Below are positions 40,491 through 49,711 of a DNA stretch of 64,000 nucleotides, piece by piece; within the stretch, counting starts at the first letter, position 1, and each line of letters begins with the position of its first letter. Location of the stretch: contig CAXXTH010000017.1 of the NCBI GenBank assembly GCA_963668025.2, forward strand, positions 704,001 through 768,000, given 5' to 3'. The position numbers were made by a program, and so were the translations under genes. Origin of the DNA: Candidatus Hydrogenedentota bacterium. Its GTDB lineage: Bacteria; Hydrogenedentota; Hydrogenedentia; Hydrogenedentales; SLHB01. Under the pieces are notes generated by a model. The model was not told where the DNA came from. It did no database searches and worked only from the letters and a program-made list of their open reading frames with translations.

Positions 40491-41273
40491 ATGGCGGCCC
40501 TAACCAAACAGTTACGCATAAGCACTCCTGAAGGCGTGGAATTCAGCTTTCTGCTGGCAGGGTCGCTTTCCAGATTCATTGCTTGGGGGATAGACATAGC
40601 AATGATTCTGTTATTGTTGTCCATTTTAAGCAAGATTATACAGTTGGTCGGCCAATTTTCTGGCGGCCTGGCAATGGCTTTCAGTATTTTGGCTGGTTTT
40701 ATCATTCGAATAGGCTACGCCATTGCATTCGAGTGGATGTGGCGGGGCCAGACAGTAGGAAAACGGCTATTAAAACTCCGAGTGATTGACGAATCCGGAT
40801 TGCGGCTGCAATTCAGCCAAATAGTATTGCGCAATTTGATGAGGTTTATTGATGGCATTCCCGTATTGGGATTCGCCGGAGGTGTCGCCTGTTTCTTTTC
40901 CGCTAAGGGGCAGCGTATGGGAGATTACGCGGCAAATACCGTAGTCATTCGAGAGCCTATCATACAGGAACCCGATTTAGAGGCTTTATTCGCGGATAAA
41001 TACAATTCTTTTCGAGAACATCCCCATTTGTGCGCCCGTTTTCGACAGGTTATACCCATTTCTTTAGCCAGGATAGCCTTGCAAGCCTTAATGCGGCGGG
41101 AAGAACTGGAACCGCCCGCTAGGATAGAAGTGTTTAAGAGCATTGTAAACCAACTAGAAACCCATAGAGTATTTCCTGAGCATCTGTTAGCCACGCTTAC
41201 GGATGAGCAATACATCAGAAATTCAGTGGATGTGTTATATCGAGGCGTTGTAAGTCCAATGAAAAAGGATTAA
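40491..41273 (+). CDS. RDD-family membrane protein
   Basis: TPEGV, R..A..ID, GQTVGKR, QRMGD.AA.TVV. Confidence 0.9.
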   Translation: MAALTKQLRISTPEGVEFSFLLAGSLSRFIAWGIDIAMILLLLSILSKIIQLVGQFSGGLAMAFSILAGFIIRIGYAIAFEWMWRGQTVGKRLLKLRVIDESGLRLQFSQIVLRNLMRFIDGIPVLGFAGGVACFFSAKGQRMGDYAANTVVIREPIIQEPDLEALFADKYNSFREHPHLCARFRQVIPISLARIALQALMRREELEPPARIEVFKSIVNQLETHRVFPEHLLATLTDEQYIRNSVDVLYRGVVSPMKKD

Positions 41274-41288
41274 GGGAGAAAAAGCAGA

Positions 41289-41759
41289 ATGGGCAAGGAA
41301 ATTGAGCGGAAATTTTTGGTGCGTCATGATGGATGGATGGAAAGTGTAGAGAAATCATTTAAGATTACTCAAGGATATTTATGTTTTGGCCCACCTGCTT
41401 CTGTTCGTATTCGTATAAAGGATGAAAAAGCGAATTTGAACATCAAGCAATCCATTGTGGATATCGAACGCAGTGAATTTGAGTATTCGATACCATTAGA
41501 AGAAGCAAAGGAGTTAATGGGATTATGCGCGGGTGTAATAATAGAAAAGACACGCCATGAGGTGTTTTTCGAGAAAATGAAGTGGGAAATCGATGTCTTC
41601 GAAGGTAAAAATCAAGGATTAGTGCTCGCAGAGGTTGAGATGGACACAAAAGAGACAGAAATTGGCATTCCAGAATGGGCAGGAAACGAAGTTTCGGGAG
41701 ATATACGATTTTTCAATACCTACTTAGCCCAGAATCCTTATGTAAATTGGAATAAATAA
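41289..41759 (+). CDS. CYTH-domain protein
   Basis: EIERKFLV, QGYL, WEID.F.G.N.GL..AEVE. Confidence 0.93.
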   Translation: MGKEIERKFLVRHDGWMESVEKSFKITQGYLCFGPPASVRIRIKDEKANLNIKQSIVDIERSEFEYSIPLEEAKELMGLCAGVIIEKTRHEVFFEKMKWEIDVFEGKNQGLVLAEVEMDTKETEIGIPEWAGNEVSGDIRFFNTYLAQNPYVNWNK

Positions 41760-41761
41760 TA

Positions 41762-41777
41762 TGTTCCACGTGGAACA
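41762..41777. promoter_or_regulatory. parS centromere-like site 1
   Basis: Perfect palindrome TGTTCCACGTGGAACA matching the bacterial parS consensus. Confidence 0.92.
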
Positions 41778-41778
41778 A

Positions 41779-42468
41779 TCAATTCGAATCCTGGTTCTGA
41801 ATAATCGATAACCTGCCTCGCCGAAGATGTGTCTCCGTCCATCTATCCACTATATGTTCCACGTGGAACATATGGTGATCCCAACATACGGCCTCTCCTG
41901 TCTGGCACAAAAATGTGGCTCCATTCTGTATGCAAGGTTTTACGTGCTTCATAACTTTCTTTGGCTCTTCCACCGCCCTGGCCGTGATAACATTACAATT
42001 CCTTCTACATAAATCGGAAGTAAACTCTCCCTGAATGATTTCTATTCCTTTCAAGCCCAGATTGCCTGCCACTTTCCTTAAAAATCCGGTTTTTTTAAAT
42101 GATCGCTCCACACATACCACTTCCAGTTCGGGTAACGCTACCTTAATAGGGATAACTGGGAATCCTCCCCCACTCCCAATGTCCACCCATAGCGTTTTTT
42201 CCTTTACGGATTCTTTCACGTAATTTGCCAGGCTTAGAGCGTCAATAACGTGTTTCCTTACCATTTCCTTCAGGTCATTTTCTGATACCGTAGCAACCAC
42301 GGAATGCCATTCCTGTATCAAGCGTAAATGTGCCGCTATTAGCGTCTCTTCCTTTTCACTCACCATTATTCCTTCTGTACCTAAAATCTTCTTACATTCG
42401 TTCCATTCTTCCGAGTGCATTTCTTCTCTAATTACGTTTTCACACATATTCTCTTGTTCTCTTTCCAT
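41779..42468 (-). CDS. rsmG: 16S rRNA m7G527 methyltransferase
   Basis: H.IDAL, VDIGSGGGFP, TARAV. Confidence 0.9.
   Translation of the reverse strand: MEREQENMCENVIREEMHSEEWNECKKILGTEGIMVSEKEETLIAAHLRLIQEWHSVVATVSENDLKEMVRKHVIDALSLANYVKESVKEKTLWVDIGSGGGFPVIPIKVALPELEVVCVERSFKKTGFLRKVAGNLGLKGIEIIQGEFTSDLCRRNCNVITARAVEEPKKVMKHVKPCIQNGATFLCQTGEAVCWDHHMFHVEHIVDRWTETHLRRGRLSIIQNQDSN
41855..41870. promoter_or_regulatory. parS site 2, inside rsmG
   Basis: TGTTCCACGTGGAACA; encodes MFHVEH in RsmG. Confidence 0.92.
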
Positions 42469-42595
42469 ATCTTTTGCTATTCTCTCCCTTAAATTAACCT
42501 ATTTACCATTATTTTTTCATATTCCACTCTCTTTTACTGATTTCTTTTTTTTAAGTGCGCATACTAACAGGTAATCAAAAAAAGGAGAATACATT

Positions 42596-44179
42596 TTGTC
42601 CTCTTCTGTTGAAATATATGATGTCACTCTTCGTGATGGCGCTCAAGGTCCACGCATCAAATTTTCTTCTGACAACCAGATCCGTATTGTCCGGGAGTTG
42701 GATGCGCTTGGAATTTCATATATTGAAGGGGGACAACCTGGTTCGAATCCTAAAGCCGCCGAATTGTTTTCCCGTGCTAAGGATATGCAACTCAAACATG
42801 CCAAAATGACTTCTTTTGGCAGCACCCGCCATCCAAAACAAGCGGTCGAGGATGATCCTAACCTCAAAGCGCTGCTCGCCTCGGGCACCGAGGTTATTAC
42901 CATTTTCGCCAAGTCTTCCGCCACCCATGCCATGGAGGTGCTTCGCGTTTCCCTTGATGACAATCTTAAGCTCATTCAAGAATCCGTATCCTATCTTCGC
43001 GCCCAAAACCGTCGTGTTTTCTTTGATGCGGAACATTTTTTTGACGGGTATAAAGAAGATCCCTCGTATGCTTTGCTTACCCTTTCTACCGCATACGAAT
43101 CTGGCTCGGAAGTGCTCGTATTGTGTGACACCAATGGCGGTTGTTTGCCTTGGGAAATCGCTGAAATAACCCATGCAGTCCGTTTACATCTTCCACATGT
43201 CCAATTGGGTATTCACGCGCATAACGACTCTGGCTGTGCAGTAGCGAACACTATTTCTTCTGTTCATTCCGGAGCATCCCAAATACAAGGCACTATCAAT
43301 GGATATGGCGAACGCACCGGAAACGCAAACCTTATTTCCGTTATAGCGGATTTACAACTTAAAATGAATATTCCCGTTATCGATGAGGTCCAGCTTTCCC
43401 GTCTCACGCATTTGAGCCACATCGTTGCGGAATATGCCAATATATCCCCCCGTGATTCGGATCCTTATGTTGGCCGTGACGCCTTCACCCATAAAGGCGG
43501 CATGCATGCGGACGCCGTGAATAAATATAAAGCAAGTTATGAACATATTTGTCCTGAACTTGTGGGTAATCACACTACTATATCTGTAAGCGAAATGTCC
43601 GGCCGCTCGAGCTTACTTCAAAAAGCGGCTGAACTTGGCGTGCTTTTGGAACGGGATGATCCGGCGACTCTTCTTGTTTTATCCCGCGTTAAGGAACTAG
43701 AGAATGAAGGTTATGAATTTGAAGCCGCTGATGCTTCCCTTCATTTGCTCATGCTTCGCGCCCAGGGAAAGCATCATTCTTTTTTCTCGCTCTGCGATTT
43801 TCGCGTCTCGGTTACTTCCCATCCCAATAGCTCTGGTCTTAGTGAAGCGACGGTTAAAGTGCTGCTCCCTGATACTTCACTCATGCATACCGTGGCGGAA
43901 GGCCATGGCCCTGTCGATGCGCTGAATGCCGCTTTGCGCAAAGCGCTTGAACCGACTTATCCAGAAGTCGCTTCCATTCACCTGGAAGATTACAAAGTAC
44001 GTATCTTGGATACCCAGGCAGCCACTGCTGCCAAAACACGTGTATTGATTGAATCCAGCGATTCTGAAGCTACTTGGGACACCATTGGCGTGAGCGAAAA
44101 TATCATCACCGCTTCGTATCTGGCTCTTGTAGACAGTATTGAATATAAGCTCTACCGCACAAAAGGGCTTATCTCATAA
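42596..44179 (+). CDS. cimA: Citramalate synthase (LeuA/CimA family)
   Basis: YDVTLRDGAQ, FFDAEHFFDGY, HAHND, GYGERTGNA, AFTHKGGMH; TTG start. Confidence 0.9.
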   Translation: MSSSVEIYDVTLRDGAQGPRIKFSSDNQIRIVRELDALGISYIEGGQPGSNPKAAELFSRAKDMQLKHAKMTSFGSTRHPKQAVEDDPNLKALLASGTEVITIFAKSSATHAMEVLRVSLDDNLKLIQESVSYLRAQNRRVFFDAEHFFDGYKEDPSYALLTLSTAYESGSEVLVLCDTNGGCLPWEIAEITHAVRLHLPHVQLGIHAHNDSGCAVANTISSVHSGASQIQGTINGYGERTGNANLISVIADLQLKMNIPVIDEVQLSRLTHLSHIVAEYANISPRDSDPYVGRDAFTHKGGMHADAVNKYKASYEHICPELVGNHTTISVSEMSGRSSLLQKAAELGVLLERDDPATLLVLSRVKELENEGYEFEAADASLHLLMLRAQGKHHSFFSLCDFRVSVTSHPNSSGLSEATVKVLLPDTSLMHTVAEGHGPVDALNAALRKALEPTYPEVASIHLEDYKVRILDTQAATAAKTRVLIESSDSEATWDTIGVSENIITASYLALVDSIEYKLYRTKGLIS

Positions 44180-44268
44180 GTGGCGGGGTGTCTTTAGCTG
44201 TACCTTAGAAATGCCTGCGTCTCTTTAACTCGTTTTGTTTTAATGCATTCCTTAGGTATTTTGTTGAG

Positions 44269-44475
44269 TTATCCACAACCTTCTTCATTCTATCCACATT
44301 TTTTCAAACGGGTAAAAAGAGCTTTTTTTGTGCTTCTTCTTCTTTTTTTTATTTTTTATAAAGCGTTACCATATAACGCTTTATATGGTAATGCCTATTT
44401 CAATAACACTTTTCAAACCATCACGTTTTATTTTTATTCCACACTTACTAAAAAGTTATCCACATGTTTTCCACA
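44269..44475. other. DnaA-box cluster downstream of dnaN
   Basis: TTATCCACA at 44269 and 44456, TTTTCCACA at 44467, near-matches at 44290 and 44435, in very AT-rich DNA. Confidence 0.8.
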
Positions 44476-44543
44476 TACGCTATATCTAAACTTTTTTCCT
44501 CATTGCTCCCCCACATATAGCGCATCACTTTTTCTTCTATCCT

Positions 44544-45653
44544 CTAAATCCGAATAGGCATCACTACATTAATGTAATTTTCCTCTTCACTATTTTCTTT
44601 TCCTGGCCGTATCATTCCAGGACTCATAGCATCTTTTAACTGCAAACACACCTTTTCACCTTCAATATGACGCAACACATCAGCTACAAAGTCCGGATTA
44701 AAAGCAATCTCAATTCTCTCTCCATCGTACTCGATAGGAATTTCTTCTTCGTATTCGCCCACTTCCGGCGTAACTACTCGCAAGGTCATGACATTATTAT
44801 CGAGTAAAAACCGTACGGAGTTAAATTTATCATTGGTCATGGTGCGTGTTCGCCGCACGGACTCCATGAAACTCGCTGTGGAAGCATATGCTTCCTTGTC
44901 ATGCTTTTTTGGCACGACCATATCATAATTGGGAAACGTTCCTTCTATTAACGATGTCACCATATGCAGTGCGCCAAACTTGAACCCAGCTTGGGTCTCA
45001 TCGATAAAAATCTCGACGTTCTCATCTTCTCCCAGAAGACGCTCCAGCTCATTCACCATCTTTCCTGGAATGATCACGCGCACGTCACCGGAATACGTGG
45101 TTTCTTGCTTGCGTTGGTATAGGCTCATTCTACGGCCATCCGTAGCCACCGTGGTAATCTTTCCTTCGGCTATTTCAAACAAAAGCCCCGTCAGGTTATA
45201 TCGTGCTTGATCATTGCAAATAGCAAAGGAAGTCTTCGAAAACATCTTCTTCATTAATCCTTGCTTTAAGATCAATGGTTCGATGTTTTCAAATTGGCGT
45301 ATCGGAGGAAACTCATCCGCGGACATACTGAATAAACGGGTTTCAATTTTTCCACATTTGAGCAGAATTACCTTATTCTCTTTCATTTCAAGCGTAATAT
45401 CCGCTTCAGGCAATTCTGAAAGAATACTGGCGATTCGCTGGGCGGCCACGGTCATCGTACCCGGTTCTTCCACGTCGCAGTCCACCGTGTATTCGATGCT
45501 TACTTTTAGATCCGTCGCCGCTAACCTCAACTGATTATCTTTTGCTTCAATCAGTATATGGGACAATATAGGGAGAGCAGACTTCAGTGACACGACCGTT
45601 TTTACTTTGCTGACCGCATCAAGCATTTCCTGCTTTGGAATAGTGATCTTCAT
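44544..45653 (-). CDS. dnaN: DNA polymerase III beta sliding clamp
   Basis: ATDL, VATDGRRM, LIEGTFPNY, IAFNP, C-terminal VMPIRI. Confidence 0.98.
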   Translation of the reverse strand: MKITIPKQEMLDAVSKVKTVVSLKSALPILSHILIEAKDNQLRLAATDLKVSIEYTVDCDVEEPGTMTVAAQRIASILSELPEADITLEMKENKVILLKCGKIETRLFSMSADEFPPIRQFENIEPLILKQGLMKKMFSKTSFAICNDQARYNLTGLLFEIAEGKITTVATDGRRMSLYQRKQETTYSGDVRVIIPGKMVNELERLLGEDENVEIFIDETQAGFKFGALHMVTSLIEGTFPNYDMVVPKKHDKEAYASTASFMESVRRTRTMTNDKFNSVRFLLDNNVMTLRVVTPEVGEYEEEIPIEYDGERIEIAFNPDFVADVLRHIEGEKVCLQLKDAMSPGMIRPGKENSEEENYINVVMPIRI

Positions 45654-45679
45654 TACTCTTTCTCCCGGTTGCCCTTGTG

Positions 45680-46254
45680 TGTATGTTTTTTTAGATTCTA
45701 TATCAATCTATATAGTAAAAAACAAGTAGTAATAGTCGTCGAGCCTGTGGATATGTGGAAAGTCCTCGCAAGTGCTTCTGGCATATAGCTATCGCCTGTG
45801 GATAAGGGTTGGGATATTCTGTGCATGTAATGCACATTTTATACACATCCGCTTTACCTTACGGTTGGCTTTGCATGATCCATCGCTTTTTTGTGGATAA
45901 AGCAGCGAGGTTTTCCACTAAGTTTCCAAAGTTATCCACAGCACCGCTCCACTACGAAATCCCCCAATCTCGAAACTTATCCACAAGTCTTTTCCCACTG
46001 AAACTAAAGGCGTTAGGCCATATTCCCGCCGACATATCCACAACCAGGATAATGTATTTTGTTAAGGATATCCAAAAATTATCTCGCGTTGCATTTCCTT
46101 TATTTTCAAACACTTACGAATATTGCGAATAAAAGATGTAAACAAAATCTCTATCGATAACTCATGTATTTCTAACAACTTGAATACCATAACCCCCATT
46201 TTTGGGATAATGGAGAAGCGTACGCCTCGACAGGTTTTCCACAACTTATCCACA
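45680..46254. other. Probable oriC: DnaA boxes, DnaA-trios and AT-rich unwinding element
   Basis: Consensus boxes at 45797, 45839, 45892, 45932, 45977, 46235 and 46246; near-matches at 45746, 45754 and 46034. Trios AAG TAG TAA TAG TCG TCG at 45724-45741. AT tract at about 45685-45722. Confidence 0.88.
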
Positions 46255-46299
46255 GTCGTTAAGTTGATATTCATATTCCCGCATTCGCTACCTGAAATG

Positions 46300-48249
46300 T
46301 CAAGTTCGATGAATGCGTAAAAAATCCTCGGGTGATATAAGACCTTGACGGAGTTTAACTCGGCAGCGGTCTGCAATAGTCTTTATATTAGCTGCTTCCG
46401 AAAAGCGTTCAGGAGTTTCCTCGGTCGAAATCAAGCGGCGCACTTCTGGCGTCACTTCCAAGATCTCGAAAACACCGGTTCTTCCCCGATTGCCCGTGTG
46501 ATAACAAGCATCACATCCCATTCCGCGATGCAAGGTCTTTACGGTTTCCGGCAGCCCTAACGATTGTAACAAGGCTTTATTTGGACGAAAGGCTTTTTTA
46601 CACTCAGGACAAATGGTCCTTACCAGCCGTTGGGCGATTACGGCGGTAAGTGCGCTGGTAAGTAAATAAGATGGCACGCCCATATTGCGCAAGATGGTAA
46701 TAGCCTCTGGCGCATCATTCGTATGCATCGTGGAAAATACCAAGTGCCCCGTCATCGCGGCGCGTATGGCGATTTTGGCCGTTTCCGGATCTCGGATCTC
46801 ACCGACCAGCAACACATCGATATCTTGCCGCAACGCCGCACGCAACGTATTGGCGAAGGTCACGCCAATGTCGGGATCAATTTGAACCTGATTAATACCC
46901 GATAATTGGTATTCGACCGGGTCTTCTAGCGTCACAATGCTTTCTTCAAGCACATTTTTTTGGTTCAATGCCGCATACAGCGTCGTGGTCTTCCCGCTTC
47001 CGGTTGGTCCGGTTACCAAAATCATTCCGTACGGTTGATGAATGAGGCGCAGAAGCGTTTTTTCATCTTCCGCCTCGAGTCCTAGATCCTTGATCCCGGC
47101 TAAAACAGAGCTTTGGTCCAACAAGCGCAACACAATGCGTTCGCCCAAATAGGTGGGCAATGTGGCGACGCGTATATCGTATTCCTTTTTACCCGCTTGA
47201 ACTTGTATATGCCCATCCTGGGGATGGCGTGTTTCCGTAATGTCGATATCCGCCATAAGCTTGATCCGGGAAATCACAGCGGACTGAATGCTTTCATTAA
47301 CGCTCATGACATCATGGAGAATGCCGTCGATGCGATATCGCACGCGCATCTCGGGATCTTGGGGGTCAAGATGTATATCCGTCGCGCCGGCGTTGATGGC
47401 GCCTTCTATAATGGTCTGCACCAGCCGGATCACGGGCATTCCAGATGTCTGCTCGGCAATATCTCCTAGATGGACTCGAGGACTGGGATTCACTTGCCGG
47501 TTTTCGTTTCCATCCGGTTCGTTTTTCTGGTGACGTGTTTCTGTTGATTTAGACGGATGGATATCGTTCGGTTTGAGATTTTGTACGACGGGGTTGTCGT
47601 TTTGACTTTTGATGGAGCTGGATTCGTATCGAGAGCGGATCTCCTGCCGCATATCATTCACGGAGGTCAATTTGGCCTGGATTCGGAATCCCAACAATAC
47701 TTCCGTATCTTTTAGGGCGTTTCGCGCCTGGGGATCCGCGAGCAGCACGATAAGCACATCACGCTCTTTTTTGTGGGGAATGAATTGATTGCGCAAGGCG
47801 ATGGACTCGGGAACGAGGGAAAGCACTTCCGCGTCGCTCGGAGCGTCCTCCAAAGGTACGAATTCCATACCGTGCTGGCGTGCGAGGGCTACAGCCATGG
47901 TGTGCTGGTCTATAAGGCCCCGCTCCAGGAGAATTCTTCCCAGCAGCCTTCCGCTTCGCTCCTGCTCCTCGAGGGCCTCCTCGAGGTCGGCTTCGCTGAT
48001 GGCTTTCATTTCCACCAGGGCTCTTCCCAGGTTCTGGTGCTCGATACGGCGGGAACGCGGATGAAATTCGTAACGCAGGCTGTCCTCGAGCATGCTAAAA
48101 CCGATTCGGCCCGCCTGCAACAATTGCCGATACAATGGAAGGCCGCTGGTTTTCTCCACTTCCCTCGCCGCATCGAGTTCTTCGCGGGTAAGCACTTCCC
48201 TTTTAATTAAGGTCTCGCCGAAATCGTTTCCTCTTAATTCATCGGCCAT
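46300..48249 (-). CDS. PilB/GspE secretion/pilus ATPase with MshEN-like N-terminus
   Basis: GPTGSGKTT, LEDPVEY, RQD.DV.LVGEIRD, TGHLVFSTMHTN, tetracysteine motif; LGxxLxxxxxI motifs. Confidence 0.93.
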   Translation of the reverse strand: MADELRGNDFGETLIKREVLTREELDAAREVEKTSGLPLYRQLLQAGRIGFSMLEDSLRYEFHPRSRRIEHQNLGRALVEMKAISEADLEEALEEQERSGRLLGRILLERGLIDQHTMAVALARQHGMEFVPLEDAPSDAEVLSLVPESIALRNQFIPHKKERDVLIVLLADPQARNALKDTEVLLGFRIQAKLTSVNDMRQEIRSRYESSSIKSQNDNPVVQNLKPNDIHPSKSTETRHQKNEPDGNENRQVNPSPRVHLGDIAEQTSGMPVIRLVQTIIEGAINAGATDIHLDPQDPEMRVRYRIDGILHDVMSVNESIQSAVISRIKLMADIDITETRHPQDGHIQVQAGKKEYDIRVATLPTYLGERIVLRLLDQSSVLAGIKDLGLEAEDEKTLLRLIHQPYGMILVTGPTGSGKTTTLYAALNQKNVLEESIVTLEDPVEYQLSGINQVQIDPDIGVTFANTLRAALRQDIDVLLVGEIRDPETAKIAIRAAMTGHLVFSTMHTNDAPEAITILRNMGVPSYLLTSALTAVIAQRLVRTICPECKKAFRPNKALLQSLGLPETVKTLHRGMGCDACYHTGNRGRTGVFEILEVTPEVRRLISTEETPERFSEAANIKTIADRCRVKLRQGLISPEDFLRIHRT

Positions 48250-48410
48250 TCGACTGCTGTTCCTTTCCTTCGAGGGAGAAGCTGCCGTTTATGGGCAATT
48301 CATCTGATGGTACTCTACAACCAATCGCGGTCCGCATCCAAATGGCCTATTGCGCCGGTATGGCTTCTTGAGATAGTATTCATAACCGGGTTCAGCATTA
48401 CATAGAGGGC

Positions 48411-49358
48411 ATGGACATGTCAGCACCAACGCTTCTCGGCTCGCAACCTATGCGCGTGGTCAGCCATATCGACGACGCGATCCAACACACGACGCAAATG
48501 ATGTTCCGTCCGTTTAACTTTAGCAAGTGGCTCTTGCTGGGAGTGACCATTTTTCTAGCCAGCCTGGGGAGTGGCGGCGCTGGGTTCGGTTATAAAGGTT
48601 TTTCCAATTTTAATAATCCAAACAGCCCGTTTAAGTTTAGCAAAATTGTCCAAACGTACGACAACGTGAATGCGTGGCTTTCCAGCCATTTTTTGTTTTT
48701 GTTACTAATCGCCTTGCCCGTCATGCTGGTTCTTCTGGCGATTACGTTTCTTCTGCTCTGGCTGCGTTCGCGTGGGGAGATGATGTTCATACGCGCCGTA
48801 TCGCTGAATGACGAGCGTATTGGGGAGAATTAGTCGCACGTGTCCGCGCCCGCCCGGTCGTTACTCTACTTCCGTTTTTGTTTGGCGCTGGTCGGAATGG
48901 TTTCTTTTTTGATATCGCTGATATGGCTCTATTGTATTGCCGGGCCGCTGATACATCAGAGCGTTTTTACCTTTCCAGCCGTGGCGGCCGCCTTGAGCCC
49001 AATAATAGGGTTCTTCTTTTTGACATCACTGGTCATTTCCATTGTGTCGGTGCTACAAACCTGTTTCGTCTCTCCCTTGATGTTGCGTTTTGACCTTCCT
49101 TGCCTGCAAGCCTGGGGCGTATTTATGTCGCTCCTGTCTGGCAATGTCCTAGCGATCATCGGCTTTCTGCTACTGCGCTTTCTGTATTCCGCCTTAGCCG
49201 GGATTGTTATGATGCTTGTAGGCTGCGTCACGTGCTGTATCGGACTCTTACCCGTGATAAGCCAAACGGTTATGTCACCCTATTATGTCTTTGATCGTTC
49301 GATGTCTCTGTATATGCTTCAAGACTTGGGGCCGGAATATACCTTTATCGCACAATGA
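48411..49358 (+). pseudogene. Membrane protein interrupted by a single in-frame TAG
   Basis: ORFs 48411-48833 and 48840-49358 are in the same frame, separated by TAG at 48831-48833. Confidence 0.75.
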
Positions 49359-49711
49359 AGGGGTATCCGGCAGGGCAATCTCGATAACAAACCGACGTGG
49401 GCGTTGCCCACAACCCAATGTAACGACATAGCATTGTTTATTCTCATTGACCTTTGCGTTCTTCGCGGCGTGCGTATAAATAGAATGGGATTACTATTGG
49501 TTTCTATTGGTAGTACGGCGCGCCAGCCTTGCTCATCTATTTCACGCGAAGCTGCGAAGCCGCAAAGAAGGCAACCGTTAAAAGCGAAACATATCTGCAA
49601 TAAAAGAACTTCGTCACAATTCAGTCATCTGGATCAAAATCTGGATCAAAAACAGTGGGCTGATTCTTTAAACCGCGAATAGATGCGAATTCATGGCAAA
49701 CCGCCGTTAAT

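Noticed and set aside
44243-44557. ORF across the downstream DnaA-box cluster
   Set aside because: Low-complexity Phe/Leu translation of T-rich non-coding DNA.
45654-46299. Possible dnaA remnant upstream of dnaN
   Set aside because: None of the small ORFs shows AAA+ or domain IV motifs; LST/VDK strings are translated DnaA boxes.
48831-48833. Pyrrolysine or genome-wide TAG recoding
   Set aside because: Other genes here end properly at TAG (for example 4460, 10999, 37265), and no pyl genes are present in the window.
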